Of a stretch of 30,936 bases of DNA, positions 25,163-30,936 are shown one piece after another (within the stretch, counting starts at the first letter, position 1; every line of letters begins with the position of its first letter). Source of the stretch: a virus (lineage: Duplodnaviria > Heunggongvirae > Uroviricota > Caudoviricetes); IMG/VR virus record IMGVR_UViG_2671180778_000015; one strand, 5' to 3'. The notes beneath the pieces are model-generated. The model was not told the origin of the DNA and did no database searches. It saw only the letters and a list, made by a program, of their open reading frames with translations. The position numbers and the translations under genes are program-made.

Positions 25163-27439
25163 TCAAATGGATAACAAAAATCCCGGCCACTCATCAGCGA
25201 CCGGATACGTGAATTTTTTCCCGTCATAATTTACGGTCGCGCCACGCGCCAGCGCCTCAAGCTCCCATCGCTGCGGCCTGATACCGTTCTGAGCAAGGTC
25301 AACGCGGATACGGGTAATTTGCATTCTTTCCGACCGGGTCAGTCTGGCCGATGGTGCAATTTCATGTGGTTTTAACGGGCTTCCGTTTCTTTGCTGACGG
25401 TTTGGCGTTCGCAGGTCGTGTTTTAATGCGCCCCTGAGCGCCCTCACGACCTCCGGTTCATTCCATTCAATAACACCGTCATCAACCAGATTAAGCACTG
25501 CTGCGGCGTGCTCAGAAGGTGTGGGAGCCGGTAACGAAGTATCACCACCGGTGACCTTTCCACAGTTATTGACAGGACTCCGAGGCGCGGCGATGCCGCT
25601 TTTTAAAGTCAAAGGCTCAACGACCGGCACTTTCGGCACAATGCGCCAGTCCGTGGTTCTGGTGATATGAATATGACGCGCGCCGAGATGCGGCGCGTAA
25701 ATGCCGACCACTCTCTCGACTTCTTCCTCGTACTCGTTAACGTCATCCGACGGGCTACGGGCGACTCTGACAGTCTGACAATCGCGCGGAACATTTGCCC
25801 CACCCTGCGCGCTGATATACAACGCAAAATCACCACTGTCTGCGGCGGCGCGTGCAGCCTCGACGCGCTCGTCAAACTCATCAGCAATGCTGACGCCGCG
25901 AGGCAATTTGCGTAGTTCACGGTAAGCCCCCATTGTCGGCAGGCCAACCGTTTTAAATTGCGGGATGCGCCACGTTGACGCCCATGCGGTAACAGCCGCC
26001 GCTGTGTCTTTCAGCGGCCTGCCGGTATCGTTATCGAGCTGACCATCCAGCGCATAGCCGTCGATGTTTTTTGAGATGTATTTCGCGATATATCCCGCAG
26101 CACCGCCCCGGTTAAGGTGTTTTGCCTGAAAACGGTTTCGCGCGGCTCCTCTTTCGTCGCCATCCTCTTTGAGCGCATAGCGACGCATGATTTCGATAAT
26201 CTGGTTACGCTGGCGTGGATTACAAAAAAGCATCATATGCCAGTGCGGCGTTCCGTCGTGGTGTGGCTCAACAACACGCAAACCATAAGCCTGTAAATCA
26301 TTATCCTTGAATGCCGTGCGCATCAGGCTCCAGATACGGCAGAGATAACGCTGCGCATCTTTTGGATTAAATGCCTCATCGTTCCAGCCGTGATTAAGCT
26401 GGACGGTTTTACTTTCACCTTTTCCGACCTGACGTGTCGGGTGATATTTTGACGGCGTGGTCAGCGTGATAAACATCCCTACATCACCCTCTGCAGCGGC
26501 GTAACGCTCAATACCGGCGATGGTGTTCATCAGCTCCATCCGGCGAATTTCAGGATTAGAAATACTGCCCATAACCTTACTGATAAGGTCGATGCGTTCG
26601 CCGGTTTCCCTGTTTTCAAGGTCACACGATTTAAGAAATTCCAGATTTGCCTGGCGGCGCGCACGCACATCACGAATGGCATGTTTACTGGCATAAGGAG
26701 AACGGTCTTTATTCACCTCCCCGACAGCAATCAGTAACGCCTCATGCCAGCGCATACGCTGGCCTTTAAGCTGATGAGTCCACCACTCATCGTTAAACAG
26801 ACGGGCAATGGCAGAATATGCCTGCCTCGTGGTCATCTGTCCTTTACGGTATTTTTTCCAGTAGAGAGGGGAAATATTGAAAGCACGTGCAGCGCCAGCA
26901 ACATGACCATACAGGTGAGCCTGCGCCTCATCCGTAAACAGCGATTCTTTTTCGCCATGCGCATCCACCCAGGCATCGCAGAGTTCCTCATACATCATGA
27001 AAAGCTGCGATGAGATACGGGCGGCAAACTTTTTCAGCTCCTTGTCATTCATTCCAGGCAGGCGCGCATAGTGGTCACGCTCTGCCAGAAACAGCAACGA
27101 CGCGTCGGTGTTCATTTCATGGCGCTGATTCACACGCTCAATACGCGGCCATAAACGACGCTGAAAAGTGGATGTGAGGAAATAAAACCCGTGTACCGGA
27201 CTTTTATTGCGCCGGATGTAGTCATAGCGTGAAGTAAACAGCGAGCGCAAAAAGTAAGGCAGGCGGTTAATCGTGGATAAAACACCTTGCACCTGACGCA
27301 TCTCGTCACGTGTAAGGGGTCTTTCGCGCCCGACGGCCTCGCGTGGCGCGTTCCATGCATAAGCACCGGTAAACGCCTTACCGGTGCCTGCAGCAAATGC
27401 TGAAGGAGGGACAAAACGCCCGGAGGCTTTAACGGCCAT
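25163..27439 (-). CDS. A: replication initiation protein A (rolling-circle endonuclease), about 758 aa
   Basis: Long ORF in the position of P2 gene A with sequence I recognise as gpA (MAVKASGRFVPPSAFAAGTGK..., HxH-type rolling-circle motif region GTPHWHMMLF). The ORF-track start at 27481 is a TTG; the first ATG (27437-27439) gives the P2-like N-terminus, so I use it. The C-terminus differs from P2. Confidence 0.85.
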   Translation of the reverse strand: MAVKASGRFVPPSAFAAGTGKAFTGAYAWNAPREAVGRERPLTRDEMRQVQGVLSTINRLPYFLRSLFTSRYDYIRRNKSPVHGFYFLTSTFQRRLWPRIERVNQRHEMNTDASLLFLAERDHYARLPGMNDKELKKFAARISSQLFMMYEELCDAWVDAHGEKESLFTDEAQAHLYGHVAGAARAFNISPLYWKKYRKGQMTTRQAYSAIARLFNDEWWTHQLKGQRMRWHEALLIAVGEVNKDRSPYASKHAIRDVRARRQANLEFLKSCDLENRETGERIDLISKVMGSISNPEIRRMELMNTIAGIERYAAAEGDVGMFITLTTPSKYHPTRQVGKGESKTVQLNHGWNDEAFNPKDAQRYLCRIWSLMRTAFKDNDLQAYGLRVVEPHHDGTPHWHMMLFCNPRQRNQIIEIMRRYALKEDGDERGAARNRFQAKHLNRGGAAGYIAKYISKNIDGYALDGQLDNDTGRPLKDTAAAVTAWASTWRIPQFKTVGLPTMGAYRELRKLPRGVSIADEFDERVEAARAAADSGDFALYISAQGGANVPRDCQTVRVARSPSDDVNEYEEEVERVVGIYAPHLGARHIHITRTTDWRIVPKVPVVEPLTLKSGIAAPRSPVNNCGKVTGGDTSLPAPTPSEHAAAVLNLVDDGVIEWNEPEVVRALRGALKHDLRTPNRQQRNGSPLKPHEIAPSARLTRSERMQITRIRVDLAQNGIRPQRWELEALARGATVNYDGKKFTYPVADEWPGFLLSI

Positions 27440-27704
27440 ATGAGCCAAAAGCCTCTGAACAACGCCTGCTGAGTTGCTCAACCTGCGCGTTTAAATCAGC
27501 AAAAGACTTTGCGCTTCCGGTCAGAATATCGTGATGCATCAGGCCGGAAACGAGCTGGCTTAATTTCGGATAATAACCAACCACCGCAAGCCATTCCTGA
27601 CCGGCGTTTTTACCGCTTTCCGCTCTCTTTTTCTCGTGGAGAATAAACTGAAAGCTGTCACTGGTAACGACATAACGTTCGCCAATTTCAATACGAATAC
27701 TCAT
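27429..27704 (-). CDS. early-operon small protein (P2 orf83-like), 91 aa
   Basis: Position immediately upstream of A in the B-A operon; size and order match the small ORFs between B and A in P2. Confidence 0.6.
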   Translation of the reverse strand: MSIRIEIGERYVVTSDSFQFILHEKKRAESGKNAGQEWLAVVGYYPKLSQLVSGLMHHDILTGSAKSFADLNAQVEQLSRRCSEAFGSYGR

Positions 27705-27925
27705 GCCGTTCTCCGGTAATGTTTGTTTTTTGCTTCAAAGACTGACTGGCAGGAAACACAACGCGTGGCTGACGGATAAGCCGCACGACGGGCAGCAGGT
27801 ATTGGCGCGTCACACTCTTCGCAAACCAGCGCAGAAGCACCGTAATGTTTTACCCTTGCCGCGTTAATCTGACGCTCCAGTAATTCAGCCTGTTGTTCCT
27901 GAATAAAATCTACGTTGTCCGGCAT
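27701..27925 (-). CDS. TraR/DksA-type C4 zinc-finger protein (P2 orf82-like), 74 aa
   Basis: CEECDAPIPAARRAAYPSATRCVSCQ: two CxxC pairs with the spacing typical of TraR/DksA zinc fingers found in phage early operons. Confidence 0.65.
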   Translation of the reverse strand: MPDNVDFIQEQQAELLERQINAARVKHYGASALVCEECDAPIPAARRAAYPSATRCVSCQSVFEAKNKHYRRTA

Positions 27926-28227
27926 TACCAGCTCCTTTTGTCGTTAAGTTTTTTAAATTCATCAGCGCAATAGCTGGCAATTTCTGTCGTTAATTTCGTC
28001 AGTTCATCCACGGAGGAGATTTGCTTGTGAAATACAGCGCGTTTAACAAGTAAATTGACCACATCAGACAGGAGATTTAATTCGTTCTGATAAATCGCGA
28101 TAACAGACTCAGTTATTTCGCGTTTTTCTTTATCAAGACCAAGTTGAATAAGAGATAGATCGCCATTTTTCATAACGGTGATTTTTAAGGCGTTATTCAG
28201 TAATACAACTGAACGAGAACAGGACAT
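27925..28227 (-). CDS. early-operon small protein (P2 orf81-like), about 100 aa
   Basis: ORF in the B-A interval; the track start at 28230 is TTG, the adjacent ATG at 28225-28227 is used. Confidence 0.55.
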   Translation of the reverse strand: MSCSRSVVLLNNALKITVMKNGDLSLIQLGLDKEKREITESVIAIYQNELNLLSDVVNLLVKRAVFHKQISSVDELTKLTTEIASYCADEFKKLNDKRSW

Positions 28228-28451
28228 CAAAGCACCTCCCCGCGAGACAATCCGATATTGTGAAATTTTTCCGACTCCTGACTGAGCAGCTCGACTATCT
28301 CTACGCGGGATAACTCCGCCTTTGTGATGTGGCGAATCATGGCGTCAAGATGAGAAGAAAAGCGCGTCGCTGCGTCGGCCTGTGCTTCGGTTCTGGCCTG
28401 TTGCAGCAGTAATGCGTATTTACCGCACTGATTTTCAGAAACTGTATGCAT
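28227..28451 (-). CDS. early-operon small protein (P2 orf80-like), 74 aa
   Basis: ORF in the B-A interval with ATG start; synteny only. Confidence 0.55.
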   Translation of the reverse strand: MHTVSENQCGKYALLLQQARTEAQADAATRFSSHLDAMIRHITKAELSRVEIVELLSQESEKFHNIGLSRGEVL

Positions 28452-28513
28452 GACTTTCTCCAGGCAAAAAGAATCCCCGCACGATTAAGTGCGTTAAAAC
28501 TCTGGTTAATTAC

Positions 28514-29014
28514 TTAATGCAGATATTGCTCTGGTTTTACCGACGTCAGAATTGTCGGTGCATACTCAAACAGGCTGAATAATTCACGTAATGCACGGAA
28601 TAAAGCATCACGCCAGTAACATGATTCTTCATTAATTCGCCAGTACGGCTGGTTAAATTCTTTTTCTGTCAATCCGGCATGCATAAATAATGTACGGCGC
28701 TGACTGACGGTTAAAAAACTAATATATGCATACTCACTTGCGCCAACCTGACGGCGTTTTGAGAATGCCCCACGCAATTCATCAATTGCACAAACCAGCC
28801 GTTCACGTTCGACGTCGTTCATTTCTTCAAAACGCATCGTTGCATGACGCTGCTTTAACTGCGCATGAAAGCAAACCGTTAGCCGTTCGCGCTCCATCAT
28901 CTGATTATAATAATCACATGTATCCTGCCAGCGAGGGACGGCCAGATGCTTACCAATTATCCGGCGCATAGCTGCTGGCTGTTTTTCAACGAGATTGAGC
29001 GTCATCACTGTCAT
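28514..29014 (-). CDS. B: replication protein B (helicase loader-like), 166 aa
   Basis: 166 aa; MTVMTLNLVEKQPAAMRRIIGKHLAVPRWQDTCDYYNQMMERERLT matches my memory of P2 gpB almost exactly; GGAGGG RBS. Confidence 0.9.
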   Translation of the reverse strand: MTVMTLNLVEKQPAAMRRIIGKHLAVPRWQDTCDYYNQMMERERLTVCFHAQLKQRHATMRFEEMNDVERERLVCAIDELRGAFSKRRQVGASEYAYISFLTVSQRRTLFMHAGLTEKEFNQPYWRINEESCYWRDALFRALRELFSLFEYAPTILTSVKPEQYLH

Positions 29015-29208
29015 TTCCAGACCCTCCGGCTTTTCAGAAAGGTCAGAGCCTTTTTTAACGGACTCTGTTTTTTGGTGCGGATAATGATTCCCTTGCGTCC
29101 CTTCCCGTGGGTGATGGTGAAGTCAATCGCCCTGGGGCTTTCGTTACGCAATAACTGAGCAATACAACGCGGCTCATTCATAATCACAACCCCATCCACA
29201 AAAGCCAT
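29011..29208 (-). CDS. early-operon small protein (P2 orf78-like), 65 aa
   Basis: Between cox and B as in P2; ATG start; overlaps the B start by 4 nt. Confidence 0.5.
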   Translation of the reverse strand: MAFVDGVVIMNEPRCIAQLLRNESPRAIDFTITHGKGRKGIIIRTKKQSPLKKALTFLKSRRVWK

Positions 29209-29456
29209 GCATCACGCTGTTCAACCGGTCGGTTATAAAACGCCTCACGTACAGCGCGATTAAACTCAGGAATGAAAACCCATTTTTCACCGGCACGAGC
29301 CTTCGGTTTGCAAGGATCACGCAATTCAATAATTGGTAATTTATTTGCCTTCACCATTTCACTGACGGCTGTCTTTGGCTTCCCTAATAAATCAGCAAAT
29401 TTATCCACATGAACCGCATCAAGCGGATACTGAATCACATAATTTTCAGCGTCCAT
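29184..29456 (-). CDS. cox: Cox (excisionase / early-late switch repressor), about 90 aa
   Basis: First gene of the minus-strand early operon, divergent from C; P2 Cox-like size and motifs (KLPIIELRDP...GEKWVFIPEFN...RDAWLLWMGL). The second ATG (29454-29456) has the better SD (GAGGG); the track start 29471 would add 5 aa. Confidence 0.75.
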   Translation of the reverse strand: MDAENYVIQYPLDAVHVDKFADLLGKPKTAVSEMVKANKLPIIELRDPCKPKARAGEKWVFIPEFNRAVREAFYNRPVEQRDAWLLWMGL

Positions 29457-29533
29457 ATATGGTACCCTCATAGGATCCAGCCCTTTCTAAACCACTCAAA
29501 ACCGTTTAGACGCTGGTTTATTCTCAAATCAAT

Positions 29534-29551
29534 GGAACCTATATAGGTTCC
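29534..29551. promoter_or_regulatory. perfect 18-bp palindrome GGAACCTATATAGGTTCC in the cox-C intergenic switch region (candidate operator overlapping a TATA-rich -10 element)
   Basis: Seen directly; a related half-site CCCTATATAGG recurs at 29571-29581 just before the C start; sits between the divergent early (cox) and repressor (C) transcription units where Pe/Pc and their operators are expected. Confidence 0.5.
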
Positions 29552-29592
29552 AGTTTTGAGGGAATTTAGTCCCTATATAGGCACCATGTCAA

Positions 29593-29886
29593 ATGAAATT
29601 AAGCGAAAAGATTAAGGCCTTGCGTGAGGCTGAAGGGCTAAGCCAATCAAAATTCTGTGAAATCATAGAGTTACCGCTAAGCACACTTAAAAAATATGAA
29701 GGAGGAAACTTTGAACCCGGTGGCACAGCTTTGCTAAAAATCACTATGCATCCCACATTCCAAAAATATGCTCTATGGCTTATGACAGATAAAACCGCGC
29801 CGGACGCAGGACAAATCGCACCGGCTCTCGCGCACATTGGGCCAGAGTCAACAGAGTCCAACCACTCCGCGAAAAGGATTGGCTAA
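29593..29886 (+). CDS. C: immunity repressor C, 97 aa
   Basis: Divergent from cox and upstream of int as in P2; C-terminal segment GQIAPALAH matches my recollection of P2 C, while the N-terminal DNA-binding part differs. Confidence 0.75.
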   Translation: MKLSEKIKALREAEGLSQSKFCEIIELPLSTLKKYEGGNFEPGGTALLKITMHPTFQKYALWLMTDKTAPDAGQIAPALAHIGPESTESNHSAKRIG

Positions 29887-29955
29887 CTCTATATAAAGAT
29901 TACATTTTCACCATTTGCTACCAAGATGGTGAATACAGCGCCGGAGGGCTTTCTT

Positions 29956-30936
29956 ATGGCAATTAAGAAGCTCGATGATGGTCGCTATGAAGTGGACATT
30001 AGACCTCGCGGTCGCGACGGAAAACGCATCCGCAGGAAATTCGAAAGAAAAGCTGAAGCACTAGCATTTGAGCGATACACAATCGCCAATGCCAGTCAGA
30101 AAGAATGGGGAGGCCAGCGAGCAGACCGCCGAACTTTGAGTGAGTTGCTGGACATCTGGTGGAAATATCACGGGCAAAACCACGAGCATGGAACAAAAGA
30201 GTTTAATCATCTACTCAAAACCATCAGCGGCATAGGTGATATACCAGTGAGCCGGATGAGCAAAAGGGCTTTGATGGATTATCGTTCCATGCGACTACGT
30301 GATGGTATCAGTGCCGCAACGATAAACCGTGACATGTACCGATTATCCGGCATGTTCACAAAATTAATTCAATTGGATGAATTTTCCGGGCAACACCCAA
30401 TTCACGGACTGCCGCCACTGGCGGAGGCCAACCCTGAAATGACGTTCCTGGAAAAAGCAGAAATCGAAAAACTGTTAAATGTTTTGGCTGGTGATGACTT
30501 ACTTGTCGCGCTTTTATGTCTGAGCACTGGAGGAAGATGGACGGAAGTTGCCACGCTAAAACCAGCACAGATTACAAATTGCAGGGTTACCTTCCTGAAA
30601 ACCAAAAACGGTAAAAAGCGAACCGTGCCGATTTCTGAGGTACTGGAGAAAAAAGTTAAAGAGGAGGCCAGCGCCAAATTATTCAAAGTTGATTATGAGA
30701 AATTTTGCGGGATTTTACGCAGAGTGAAACCTGATATACCACCCAATCAGGCAACCCACATCCTGCGGCATACATTCGCAAGCCATTTCATGATGAATGG
30801 GGGCAATATAATCGCACTGCAACAGATTCTGGGACATGCGAGCATTCAGCAGACGATGGCCTATGCGCACCTTGCGCCTGACTACCTGCAAAATGCCGTC
30901 GTTCTGAATCCACTAAAAGGCGGAGTGACGTTATAA
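29956..30936 (+). CDS. int: tyrosine integrase, about 326 aa
   Basis: MAIKKLDDGRYEVDIRP N-terminus as in P2 Int; C-terminal catalytic motifs (HILRHTFASHFMMNGG...LGH...AYAHL) typical of tyrosine recombinases; trimmed to the second ATG (29956) with GGAGGG upstream; ends at the window edge. Confidence 0.88.
   Translation: MAIKKLDDGRYEVDIRPRGRDGKRIRRKFERKAEALAFERYTIANASQKEWGGQRADRRTLSELLDIWWKYHGQNHEHGTKEFNHLLKTISGIGDIPVSRMSKRALMDYRSMRLRDGISAATINRDMYRLSGMFTKLIQLDEFSGQHPIHGLPPLAEANPEMTFLEKAEIEKLLNVLAGDDLLVALLCLSTGGRWTEVATLKPAQITNCRVTFLKTKNGKKRTVPISEVLEKKVKEEASAKLFKVDYEKFCGILRRVKPDIPPNQATHILRHTFASHFMMNGGNIIALQQILGHASIQQTMAYAHLAPDYLQNAVVLNPLKGGVTL

Noticed and set aside
27440-27481. N-terminal extension of gene A (track start at 27481), and similar extensions for orf81 (28230), ogr (282), L (16701), X (16201), O (19540), P (19618), int (29926)
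   Set aside because: Track starts are the longest possible ORFs, some using TTG. Internal ATG codons reproduce the P2 protein N-termini and lengths and usually have better SD sequences, so the extensions are treated as artefacts.
1-30936. tRNA/rRNA genes, CRISPR arrays, transposases or IS elements
   Set aside because: No cloverleaf-like conserved tRNA segments, no spaced direct-repeat arrays and no transposase-like ORFs were seen; the only tandem repeats are the coding repeats in tail fiber H.

Overview
Almost the whole window is one P2-like (Peduovirus-type) temperate phage genome in its integrated (prophage) arrangement, shown reverse-complemented relative to the canonical P2 map. Reading left to right: ogr-D-U-T-E/E'-FII-FI, a cargo gene at the Z/fun position, G-H-I-J-W-V-S-R-lysC/B/A-K-Y-X-L-M-N-O (all minus strand), P-Q (plus strand), an internal cos site, a second cargo locus at the old/tin position, the early operon A/small ORFs/B/cox (minus strand), and C-int (plus strand). 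Many products match my memory of the P2 proteins almost residue for residue (Ogr, D, U, FI, FII, E, L, X, O, B, LysC), so the backbone calls rest on ORF length, synteny and recalled sequence; no search was run. The two places that differ from P2 are the two known P2 accessory hotspots, both visibly AT-rich: (1) between FI and G, a single 234-aa protein with an N-terminal Cys4 zinc ribbon, flanked by its own terminator; (2) between cos and the end of gene A, where old/tin are absent and there is instead a two-gene minus-strand operon (ImmA/IrrE-type HEXXH metallopeptidase plus a 2-TM membrane protein) bracketed by hairpin terminators, followed by a 37-aa hydrophobic peptide ORF with a strong RBS and terminator. 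These two cargo loci are the best candidates for undescribed anti-phage or toxin-like functions. No tRNA, rRNA, CRISPR array or transposase was seen; the att sites lie outside the window.
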